NCBI GenBank assembly: GCA_031409655.1 | Contig: JANNXQ010000126.1 | Location: 1-28,175 of the forward strand | From: Chthoniobacteraceae bacterium | Lineage (GTDB): Bacteria; Verrucomicrobiota; Verrucomicrobiia; Chthoniobacterales; Chthoniobacteraceae | Direction: 5' to 3' | Length of the DNA: 28,175 nt | Shown here: positions 17,301-25,900 of the stretch, piece by piece | How the letters are laid out: the number at the start of each line of letters is the position of its first letter | Numbering within the stretch: position 1 is the stretch's first letter | Notes under the pieces: generated by a model | The model's database searches: none | What the model was told of the DNA's origin: nothing | Seen by the model: only the letters and a program-made list of their open reading frames with translations | Translations under genes and position numbers: made by a program

Positions 17301-17540
17301 GCTATCGACCTCATCGCCGCGCGCGTGCTGCTCCGTCCGCTCACCGGCGCCGAGCGCGAAGTCGTCGCCCGCACCGCCGGCGACCTCGAACGCGACTTCG
17401 CCGCCAACGCCGCCGGCGCCCAAGCCTTCCTCACCGTCGGCGAAGCCAAGCCCGATCCCACCCTCCCCGCCCCCCAACTCGCCGCCCTGACGATGGTAGC
17501 CAACCAACTCCTCAACCTCGACGAAGCGCTGAATAAGTAG
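14385..17540 (+). CDS. Planctomycete cytochrome c / DUF1549 / LamG-like / DUF1553 (PSD1) domain protein (1051 aa)
   Basis: Start reassigned to the ATG at 14385, giving a signal peptide then FNRDIRPILSDKCFACHG. Also HWAF..P, NPIDSFV, GEHRGRYWLDAARYADT, a second heme motif CASCHDHKFDP, a LamG-like insert (FSVGAWV, GKWQHVLATYDGS) and NPLTARVTVNRFWQELFG, TNTPLQALVTLN. Confidence 0.93.
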   Translation: MKRKLETRKWAIVTLSVALVGQGLAADLTFNRDIRPILSDKCFACHGFDPKTREADRRLDNAEGAYADLDGVRAIVPGDLVKSESWVRIISDDKDEVMPPPKSHKTLTAAEKETIKRWIEQGARYQNHWAFERPQRAAQPTVKDQAWVRNPIDSFVHAGLERVGLAPAPEADRRTLARRVSLDLIGLPPMPEEVEAFVKDPAPDAYERLVAKLLARPQWGEHRGRYWLDAARYADTHGLHFDKYREIWPYRDWVIAAFNRNQRFDEFTVEQLAGDLLPKPTRAQLIATGFHRCNATTNEGGTIDEENVANYAHDRVSTTSWVWLGLTANCASCHDHKFDPITSKDFYAMAAFFRNTTQPPKDGNVEDTKPVIYLPLPGDEKRFAELGKVIAGERAQLAARRADAAKDFDLWLKVAKPEDVAVNPESFVVRVPLDEGAVEVRAETAKGETTFAATGPIEWREDGRFGRAPAFTNGSHFILGDLADFERDQPFSVGAWVNVPENARGGTVVARLDDRTGTQGWELAVEGAKFAVQLAAREPAGTLRAATKANTVRAGKWQHVLATYDGSGSADGFRLFSDGRPQVLVPQGKELKGSTRAAVPLRLGQREKRGVFTGGQTQDVRIYARALTTGEARSLPTESSLRAAFAAPPEKRTPAQKAAPLNFYIDNLDAPSIGMAFHIEALEDEDADIRDRATVSHIQEEKPGEPMAHVLMRGAYDKEGEKVGPAGFSALHPMPPGAPKNRLGLAQWLVAPENPLTARVTVNRFWQELFGTGLVRTSEDFGSQGEPPTNPELLDWLAVEFRESGWDVKKLFTLLVTSATYRQAATVTPEKLAKDSHNRLLSRGPRFRMDAEMLRDYALGASSTLSPKMGGPGTKPYQPENVWEVVGVNTDKYVQDKGESLYRRSIYNFWKRMAPPASLEILNAPARESCVVRRERTNTPLQALVTLNDPQFVEAARRLAETAWKESGDPTKAIDLIAARVLLRPLTGAEREVVARTAGDLERDFAANAAGAQAFLTVGEAKPDPTLPAPQLAALTMVANQLLNLDEALNK

Positions 17541-17562
17541 TTAGGCCAAGAACAACCCTGAT

Positions 17563-17850
17563 ATGAATATCCAGAGCTATATGCCAAACCGCGCCTTTGT
17601 CGCATTCCTTCGGTTGTGGATCATCTTTTGGAGCCTCTGTCTGGTGATTTACCTCGGGTCGATCATTGCATTCGTAGTGCTCATGCCAAACGACAAGCAC
17701 GGATGGCAAGGAATTCGCACGGCTTTCTGGTCATTCAGTCCGGGTGCTCTGCTCGCAGGATATCTTATCATCTCGTCCTACCGCGAACTGCGTTCCATCA
17801 AGAGCGCCTTCGAGTCGAGCGCGGTCAAACCTCCAGCGACGCCCTTCTGA
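17563..17850 (+). CDS. Small hypothetical membrane protein (95 aa)
   Basis: ATG-started ORF in AT-richer DNA with two hydrophobic segments (LWIIFWSLCLVIYLGSIIAFVVL; FWSFSPGALLAGYLII). Confidence 0.65.
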   Translation: MNIQSYMPNRAFVAFLRLWIIFWSLCLVIYLGSIIAFVVLMPNDKHGWQGIRTAFWSFSPGALLAGYLIISSYRELRSIKSAFESSAVKPPATPF

Positions 17851-17925
17851 GTCAAACAAGGAAGCCGCCAAGAAGCGCATTGAGAACAAACCGGAGTTGA
17901 AGTCATTCCAGAATTCGCTCAACCA

Positions 17926-18336
17926 ATGAATACAATCAACTCCGGGCACAAATGGCCTAACCACGCGCCTCCTGATGATCGTCGCTTCACCGGCCTTTCG
18001 TGGTTCTGCGCATACTCGTCCTTCATCTTGCTTGGCCTCTATTTGCTTCTCGGACTCCACATTCGATTGGGTCTTGGCCATTGGCCGACTCCAATGTTCG
18101 AGAACTACACGGCTCCGTCGTTCCAAGCGCACATGGAGGTCGTCCGTCTTTTCCTTTTCGTTACCTGGTTCGTCATCGGGCCGGTGTGGCTCGCGTGTTT
18201 GCTCATCCGTCCGCTCCGTCCTAGTCCGCCTTGCATCATCGCATATCAACTCGCGACATTCGTCGGCGGGTATTTGCTCATCATTGCCGTTCTCGCGTTC
18301 GACCCAACAACTTTCTCAGCATGGTATCTCGACTAA
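17926..18336 (+). CDS. Hypothetical membrane protein (136 aa)
   Basis: Three hydrophobic segments, an HIRLGLGHWP loop and a DPTTFSAWYLD C-terminus, in AT-richer DNA. Confidence 0.7.
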   Translation: MNTINSGHKWPNHAPPDDRRFTGLSWFCAYSSFILLGLYLLLGLHIRLGLGHWPTPMFENYTAPSFQAHMEVVRLFLFVTWFVIGPVWLACLLIRPLRPSPPCIIAYQLATFVGGYLLIIAVLAFDPTTFSAWYLD

Positions 18337-18427
18337 ATGGTATTTCTCCAACAGCCGCAACGCCTATGCGCTGCAACTCGCGGGTGAATCCTCAACAGGA
18401 GCCGCTACCAATCCCCATTCCACGTCC

Positions 18428-19912
18428 ATGAACTGCAACTCCCACCTCTTCACCGATCTCCCCGAGGAAACACGCCTCGCCCTGACCCGCCGCGAATTCT
18501 TCGCCCGCGGACGCAACGTGCTCGGCACGGCGGCGCTCGGTTCGCTGCTCGGCAGTGATCTCGCGCGCGCCCTCGCGAGCACCGCCGCCGGTCAGACGGG
18601 GCTCCCGCATTTTCCGCCCAAGGTCAAAAACATCATCTACCTCCACATGGTCGGCGGCCCATCCCAGATGGACCTCTTCGACTACAAGCCGGAGATGGCG
18701 AAGATGTACGACAAGGATCTGCCCGAGAGCATCCGCCAGGGGCAGCGGCTGACCACGATGACCAGCAAGCAGGCGCGCTTCCCGATCGCGCCGTCGAAGT
18801 ACAAATTCAGCCAGGCGGGCCAGTGCGGGCTCTGGATGAATACGGAGCTGCTGCCGCAGACCGCGAAGGTCGTCGATGACATGACCTTCATCCGCTCGAT
18901 GCACACCGAGGCGATCAATCACGAGCCGGCCATCTGCGCCATGCAGACCGGCGCGCAGATCGGCGGGCGGCCCTGCATCGGCTCGTGGGTCAGCTACGGA
19001 CTCGGCGCGCTCAATGCCAACCTGCCGACCTTCGTCGTGCTCGTGGCCACGCCCACGAACAATGAGCAGAACCAGGCCATCTCCGCGCGCCTCTGGTCCG
19101 CGGGTTTCCTGCCCGGCGAACATGCGGGAGTCAGCTTCCGCAGCCAGGGCGATCCCATTCTCTTCATCGGCAACTCCCCCGGCATCACCCCGGCGATGCG
19201 CCGCCGCCAGCTCGACGGGCTCCGGCAGCTCAACGAAATGGCGCAGCGCGCCGTGGGCGATCCGGAGACCAACGTCCGCATCCAGCAATACGAAATGGCC
19301 TTCCGCATGCAGGCCAGCGTGCCCGATCTCATGGACGTGGCCAGCGAGCCCGCCTCGACCTACCAGCTCTACGGCGACGACGCGAAAAAGCCCGGCTCCT
19401 TCGCCTACACCTCGCTGCTCGCGCGGCGGCTCGTCGAGCGCGGCGTGCGCTTCGTGCAGATCTATCACAACAACTGGGACCACCACCGCAACGTCGGCGG
19501 ACGCATGCCCGACCAGTGCCGCGACGTGGATCAGCCGACTTACGGGCTCATCCAGGATCTGAAAGCGCGCGGCCTTTTCGACGAGACGCTCATCATCTGG
19601 GGCGGCGAATTCGGACGCACCATCTACTCGCAAGGCGGCCTCACGCGCGAGAACTACGGGCGCGATCATCACCCGCGCTGCTTCACCATGTGGATGGCCG
19701 GCGGCGGCGTGAAAGGCGGCACCATCTACGGCGAGACCGACGACTTCTCCTACAACATCGTCCAGGACCCGGTGCATATCCGCGACTTCCACGCCACCGT
19801 GCTGCACCTGCTCGGCCTCGACCACGAACGCTTCAGCTACAAGACGCAGGGCCTCGACTTCCGGCTCACGGGCGTCGAGAAGGCCACCGTGGTCAAAGGC
19901 ATCCTCGCGTAA
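18428..19912 (+). CDS. DUF1501 domain protein (sulfatase-like, Tat-type RR motif; 494 aa)
   Basis: Start reassigned to the ATG at 18428. TRREFF twin-arginine motif, HFPPKVKNIIYLHMVGGPSQMDLFDYKP, LLARRLVERGVRFVQ, WDHH, IWGGEFGRT, GRDHHP and DFHATVLHLLGLDH. Usual partner of DUF1553 genes. Confidence 0.93.
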   Translation: MNCNSHLFTDLPEETRLALTRREFFARGRNVLGTAALGSLLGSDLARALASTAAGQTGLPHFPPKVKNIIYLHMVGGPSQMDLFDYKPEMAKMYDKDLPESIRQGQRLTTMTSKQARFPIAPSKYKFSQAGQCGLWMNTELLPQTAKVVDDMTFIRSMHTEAINHEPAICAMQTGAQIGGRPCIGSWVSYGLGALNANLPTFVVLVATPTNNEQNQAISARLWSAGFLPGEHAGVSFRSQGDPILFIGNSPGITPAMRRRQLDGLRQLNEMAQRAVGDPETNVRIQQYEMAFRMQASVPDLMDVASEPASTYQLYGDDAKKPGSFAYTSLLARRLVERGVRFVQIYHNNWDHHRNVGGRMPDQCRDVDQPTYGLIQDLKARGLFDETLIIWGGEFGRTIYSQGGLTRENYGRDHHPRCFTMWMAGGGVKGGTIYGETDDFSYNIVQDPVHIRDFHATVLHLLGLDHERFSYKTQGLDFRLTGVEKATVVKGILA

Positions 19913-20078
19913 CGCGGCGGGAACGTGCGGAGCGACCGGGAGCGTAGAAAGGCGCAGTCTTTTCGTGAGCGCTCCGTGACCCTGTCGCCACTTTTTTCCA
20001 CAGGCTGAAAAGTATCGAGTGCGCCCGCCGATCGATGGGCATCGAAGGTGGAGAGCCGGAGCGCCGCACCTCTCGCTG

Positions 20079-21350
20079 CTAAACCTCCAGGATGCGCACG
20101 TCGTCGGTGAAGGGGAGGGCGATGTTTTGCGCGGCGGTGGCGAGCAGGAGCGGGGCGGTGAAGCCGAAGCTCTTGAAGCTGCCGATCTGCTGCGCGACGA
20201 AGCCGAAGTGATCGCCCGCGGAGAGCGAGCCGGTGACGTTGCCGCGGATCGTGATGCTGGCGATGGCGATGTCGAAACCGGTGGGCGGCTTCACAGCCTG
20301 CCCGTCCGCGGCGATGAGCACGGGATTCTCGCGGTTGCCGAAAATACTGCCGCCGATCTTCACCGGGCCGAGATCGCTTCCCGCGACGATCGCGCCGCAG
20401 AGGTCGAGCGTGCCGGTGCTGGCATCGGTGCCGGCGATGAGCGAGCCGCCGATGGTCACGCTGGCGATCCGGCCGGAGCTGCTCCTGACCATGCCCGAAT
20501 TAGACAGCGAGTCCGAGTCAGCGATGCTTCCGCCGATGAGGTCGCTGCCGATCCGCACGTGGCCGATTCCTTGGTTGGCATCCACCGCGCCGGTGGAGTT
20601 GCCGGCGCCGCCGACGACATCGCCGCCGATCTGCACATTCCCGAGGCCATTGCCGGAAATGTGGCCGCTGATATTGCCCGGGCCGCCGACGACGTCGCCG
20701 GCGATGCGCACATTGCCCGTGGCGCCGAGGCTCTAAATGCCGCCGCTGTTTAGCAGAGTGCCGCCGATGAGGTCGCCGCCGATAAAGATCGAACCGATCT
20801 GTCCATCCGCGCCGGGGCCGGGAGGGGTGGTCACGAAAATGTGGGCATCGGTGAAATCGCCGGCAACCTTCAGCGCGCCGAGCTTGCTGGTGATGGTGCT
20901 CTCGAGATTGCCCGAGCCGCCCTGGCTCACCAGGCCGAGCGTGCCCATGGCGCGCACCTGGAGCAGATTCAGCCCGGGGTCGTTGGCGGTGATGGTGTCG
21001 CCGGCGACGATGCGGCCGAGGTCACCTTTCACGATCACCTGATCGAGCGAGCGGTCGAAGGCATTGATGAAGCCGACGTGCGCCAGGCCATCACCGCCGG
21101 GTTTCTTCGTCACGGTGAAGACGATCTTCGCCCCGTCGAAGCCCGCTTCGGTCAGCGTGAGGGTGGCGAGCTGGCCGGTGGCGCCGCCGCCGACCAAGGC
21201 GAGGTCCGCGGCGTCGAGAGGAGGGGCGGCCGCGCCGGCCCGGCTGGCGGTGATTTTGACCAGGTCGCCGTCGAGATCCTGGTAGATGAACGAGACGGCG
21301 GCGGGGGCGATGCGGGATTCGAGGAGTTCGATGAATGGGTAGGCCTTCAC
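20079..21350 (-). pseudogene. LExRIAPA-leader repeat protein paralog G, interrupted by an in-frame TAG and lacking part of the C-cap
   Basis: Track ORFs 20733..21350 and 20079..20711 are in the same frame, joined as LLNSGGI*SLGATGNVRIAGD (TAG at 20733-20735). The C-cap lacks 75 residues relative to paralog C. Confidence 0.88.
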
Positions 21351-21383
21351 GGGATGCAGTGGTGTGGAGTGGAGGTTGAGAAA

Positions 21384-22883
21384 TCAGAGGGCTACTTCGC
21401 GCACGCGCAGGTCGCCGGTGGCGCCGACAAGTAGGCCGTTGAGGTCATTGGCCGTGCGAGGTGTGAGCGGGAAAGCAGCGCCGCCGACTTTGAACGAACC
21501 GATCTCCTGCGCGACGAAGCCGAAGTGATCGGTACCACCGACCGTGCCGCGCGCGGTGCCTTTGATCGTGATGCTGGCGATCTTCGAGGCGATCGTTGCC
21601 GAACCGCCGGCGATCTTTTGGTCGTCGCCTTCGCCAAAGAAATCGTTGCGCGCCGCAGTGGCGTCGTCCTGCACGCCAGCGATGAGATTGCTCGCGATCC
21701 AGTCGCCCGCGACGACCGCGCCGGTCTGCGCGTCGGCATTCACGGCCAGCAAATTGAAATCGTAGCCAGCTAGGATGTCGGCGAACTCCACGCGGCCGGT
21801 CACCGTGAGGCTCTTGATGGCCACGTCGCTGGTCGTGCCTTGCACGGCCTGGCCGCGCGCGGTGATCAGCACCGGATTCGCACTGTTCCCGATGATGCTG
21901 CCTTTGACGATGATCGCGCCAATGTCGTCCGCGACTTGGATGACGCCGCTCTGAAATACGCTGAAGCCTCCGCTTTCTCCGCCGGAGATGATCGAGCCGC
22001 CGACGGTCAGGCTTGCGAGGCGCTGGCCCAGAATCCGCCCCGAATAGGCAATCGAACCTCCATCCGCATCGGCACCCTTGATGTCGCCGCCGATTTTCAC
22101 CGGACCGATCGCGCCGACTGCGGAGATTTCACCGCTATTGCCCCCCGTACCCCCGAGGAGCGAGCCACCGACCGTGAGGCTGGCGATGCTCGAATTAGTC
22201 CCGATTTGCCCTGATGACGCACTAGAGCCGCCGGCGATGTCGCCACCGACTTTCACCGACCCGATCGCCCCGGTGCTGAAGATGCGCCCTCCGTCGCCGT
22301 CGGAACCGCCTATGAGTGAGCCGCCGATCGTGATCGAACCGATCTTTCCATCCAGCCCGCCCCCGACCGCGAGATAAGACTCCCGCATGCTGCCGACCAT
22401 TTTGAGGCTGCCGAGTGCGCCGTTTAGGTTACTGCTCAGCGAGCCGCCAGCCTGCTGAGTCGAAACGCCGAACTCCCCCATCGACTGCACGTTCAAGCCC
22501 TTCACCGCCGGCGTGCCGGTGCTCGCGTCGCCGGCGTCGATCTGCCCGAGGTCGCCGCGGATCGTGATGGTGCCGAGATCGAGCGCTGTGCCGCCGCCGT
22601 CCGTGCTCGCGTCGATGTAGCCGACGTTGGCGAGCCCGTCACCGCCCGCGGCAGTGCGCTTGGCAGTCACAGTCACGTTTGTGCCGGCGAAGACGGTTGC
22701 GTTGAGGCTGAAGTCGATGCGCCACGCTTCCTTGCCGAGTCCCTCGTCCACGACGGTGACGATGGCGGCGAGGTCGGCGTTGGTGCCTTTGCTGGTGGCG
22801 ATGGTGACGGCGTCGCCGTCCACGTCGGTGAATTTGAAGACGGCGGCGGGTGCGATGCGGGATTCGAGCGGTTCGATGTTCAT
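21384..22883 (-). CDS. LExRIAPA-leader Gly-rich beta-solenoid repeat protein, paralog H (499 aa)
   Basis: MNIEPLESRIAPA, FTDVDGD, about 5 repeats, C-cap DHFGFVA, ends TGDLRVREVAL. Confidence 0.92.
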   Translation of the reverse strand: MNIEPLESRIAPAAVFKFTDVDGDAVTIATSKGTNADLAAIVTVVDEGLGKEAWRIDFSLNATVFAGTNVTVTAKRTAAGGDGLANVGYIDASTDGGGTALDLGTITIRGDLGQIDAGDASTGTPAVKGLNVQSMGEFGVSTQQAGGSLSSNLNGALGSLKMVGSMRESYLAVGGGLDGKIGSITIGGSLIGGSDGDGGRIFSTGAIGSVKVGGDIAGGSSASSGQIGTNSSIASLTVGGSLLGGTGGNSGEISAVGAIGPVKIGGDIKGADADGGSIAYSGRILGQRLASLTVGGSIISGGESGGFSVFQSGVIQVADDIGAIIVKGSIIGNSANPVLITARGQAVQGTTSDVAIKSLTVTGRVEFADILAGYDFNLLAVNADAQTGAVVAGDWIASNLIAGVQDDATAARNDFFGEGDDQKIAGGSATIASKIASITIKGTARGTVGGTDHFGFVAQEIGSFKVGGAAFPLTPRTANDLNGLLVGATGDLRVREVAL

Positions 22884-22914
22884 GGGAGGTGGGGTGAGTT
22901 TGTGCGAGGGGAAA

Positions 22915-25900
22915 TCAGACTTCGCGGACGGTCACGTCGCGGGTGAGCAGCGAGAGTTCGATGACATCGCGGATGGGGCTATTGCCGAGGATGGCGGCGA
23001 TGCCGAGCGACTTGAAGGAACCGATGACGTGCGCGACGAAGCCGAAGTGGTCGGCGCCCTGCACGGTCCCGACGACGGCGCCCTTGATGCTGATCGACGC
23101 GATGCGCGCGATGACCGCGGTGCCGGGGAAGCTGCTCGGGATGTCGTCAAAATCGCCGAAGAGATTCGGCGCGCTCGGGTCGTCATCGACGATCACACCA
23201 GCCACCAGATCGCTCGCGGTCCAGTCGCCGCCGACCGTGACCGGGCCGATCGAGCCGGGACCGTGCACGGTCAGCGCCGGAGTGTAGCCGGCAAGAATCG
23301 ACGCGCGCTCGACTCGGCCGCCGATGCTGATGCTCTTGATCGCGAGATCGATGGTCGCATTCGCGGCGACGGTGGCCTGGCCGCTGGCCGTGATGATGAC
23401 CTTCGAAAGATTCGCCGCGGTCCCGTCGCCCACGTTGCCGATGAGGCTGCCTTTGACGCTCAGCGCGCCAATGTCGTTGCCGGCGCGGATCGAGGCGTTT
23501 CTGGTCAAAGCGCCGCCGGTGCTGTCGTCGATGCCGGCGATGACGGAGCCGCCGATGCTGACGCTCGCGATGCGGCCCGAGCTCTGGAGGTAACCCGTCG
23601 AGTCGAGCGTGGCCGTCGTGCCGGCGATGCTGCCGCCGATGAGATCGCGCCCGATCTTCACGGCGCCGAAATCGCCGCCCGTGATCTCCCCGGAAGAAAT
23701 ACTCGAGCCACCCACGAGCGAGCCGCCGATGCTGACGCTCGCAATCCCCACCGTGCCCCGCATCGAGGCGGTAGCGCCTCCTGAGCCGCCGAGCATGTCG
23801 TGTCCGATCTTCACCGGGCCAATGCGAGTGTCGCTGATGATTGCGCCGTCGAAGGAGCCGGCTCCGCCCACGAGCGAACCGCCGATGTTCACGCTCGCGA
23901 TACCGTCGCTCCCGTCGAGATAACCCGCACCCCCACCGCTGCCGCCGATCAGATCGTGGCCGATCTTCACCGCGGCCAGGGCGCCGACGAAAACAGAGCC
24001 GCTGAAAGATCCGGAGCCGCCGATCAACGAGCCGCCGATGGTGACGCTGGACGCCGCAACGTCGGTCTCGATTTCGGCCGAAGAATCGCCGGCCCCACCA
24101 TGCATGTTGTGGCCGATCGTGACCGGGCCGATGCTGCCGAGGGCGGCAATCTGGCCGCGCTGAGCCGTCGTGTCGTAGTCGCCGCTGCCGCCGAGGAGCG
24201 AGCCGCCGATCGAGAGGCTCGCGAGTTTGCCGGCGCTGTCGATTTTCCCCGACTCGTCGCCGGCACCGCCGGCGAGATCGTGGCCGACTTTCACCGCGCC
24301 GATGCCGCCGGTGCTGCCGCTGAAAATCTGGCCGCTCCTCATCCCGGCGCCGCCGAGGAGCGAGCCGCCGATGGTGATGTTGCCGACGCTCGTATTACCC
24401 GAGAGTCGGCCCGTGAAATCCGCGAGTCCCCCGATGACGTTGTGACCGATCTTGACCGCGCCGAGCGCGGCGCCGTCGGCATTGACGATGCCCCCGATGA
24501 GCGAGCCGCCGATGCTCACGGAGGCGATGCTCGTGCCGGTGTCGATGAAGCCAGTGCCGGCGACGCCCGCCTGGACGTGGTGGGCGATCCTGATCGCACC
24601 GATGCCCTGCGCCGTGGAGATGGTGCCGCTCGCCGCCGCACTCCCGCCGATGAGCGACCCGCCGATGCTCAGCGAGCCGAGCGCGCCGCTGATGGCGAGA
24701 CTCGCGCCGGCGATGTCCTGCCGCACCGAGAGCGCGCCGAGACTGCCGAGGATGTCGCCGCCGACGAAGGGCACGAAGCCCGCGACCGCCAGAGGCTGCG
24801 TGTCGAGGCCGAGCCGGCCGAACGTGCGGACATGGAGCGCCGCGAGGCCGCGCGTCGTGGAGACTGCGTCGCCTGCGGCGATTTGCCCGAGATCGCCGGG
24901 GACGGTGATGGTGCCGAGGTCGTCATCGGCGAGGATCGCGCCGATCTGCACGAGGCCATCGCCAGCCGCGGCGCGCTGGACGGTGACGGTGAGATTCACC
25001 CCCGCCGCGGCGAGCCCGGTGAGGTCGATGCGCTGGAGCTGCTGGGGAAAGGCGTTCGCGCCATCGACGGTGCCGTTGTCGAACTGGAAGACGGTATTGA
25101 CGTTGCCGGCGGTGAGCAGCGGCTTGGAAAGTCGCACCGTCACGCGGTCGCCGTCGCTGTCGGTGTAGGCCACGGTGCTGGCATTCACGAGCGTGGCTGG
25201 CGGGATCTGCGCGGGCAGGGAAAAGTCGATCGTCTTGCCGAGTTCGTGCGCTGCGAAGGTGAAAGCGAAGCTCTCGGTGAAAAAGCCGAGCGGCAGGCCG
25301 TCGTTGCCGGCGCCGGCGGTGAGCGCCACGGTGCGCGCGCCTATCTTGAGCGCGCCGATCTGCTCGGCGACGAAGCCGAAGCGGTCCACGTCGGAGAAGG
25401 ACGCCGGCGTGCCGAAGACCTGCCCCGCGATCGTGATGCTGCCGACCTTTGACCCGATCAGCGCCGACTCGCCGGCCTCGACGATCTTCGCGTCGTGCTC
25501 GTCGCCAAAGCGCACGTTGTCGGCATCCGCGCCGGCGCCGCCGGGCGCGTCGTCCGCGCCGAGATTGATCGCGCCCGCGATGATCGTGCTCGCGATCCAA
25601 TCGCCGCCGACACTCACCGCGCCGATCTGCGCGTCGGCATTGCGCGCCCCCAGCCCGCGGTCGTAGCCGGCGAAAATTTGCGCGAACTCGACACGTCCGC
25701 CGATTGAGATGCGACCGATCGCCACATCGGCGCGCGCGCTGGCCGCGAGCCCGGCCTGGCCTTGCGCGCTGATCGTGACGAACGATTCGCCCTGCGCACC
25801 GACATTGCCGATGAGCCCGCCCCGGACCGAGATCGCACCGATGTCCGCGCCGGAGCGGATCGTCCCGCTGCGCAACAAATCTCCCGTGCTGCCATCGGTG

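Noticed and set aside
14367..19825. Minus-strand ORFs of 1046 aa and 477 aa
   Set aside because: Shadows of the DUF1553 and DUF1501 genes, which carry the recognisable motifs.
20733..20735. TAG as pyrrolysine or programmed readthrough
   Set aside because: No pyl genes in the window, TAG is a normal stop for the DUF1553 gene, and the gene has a second lesion.
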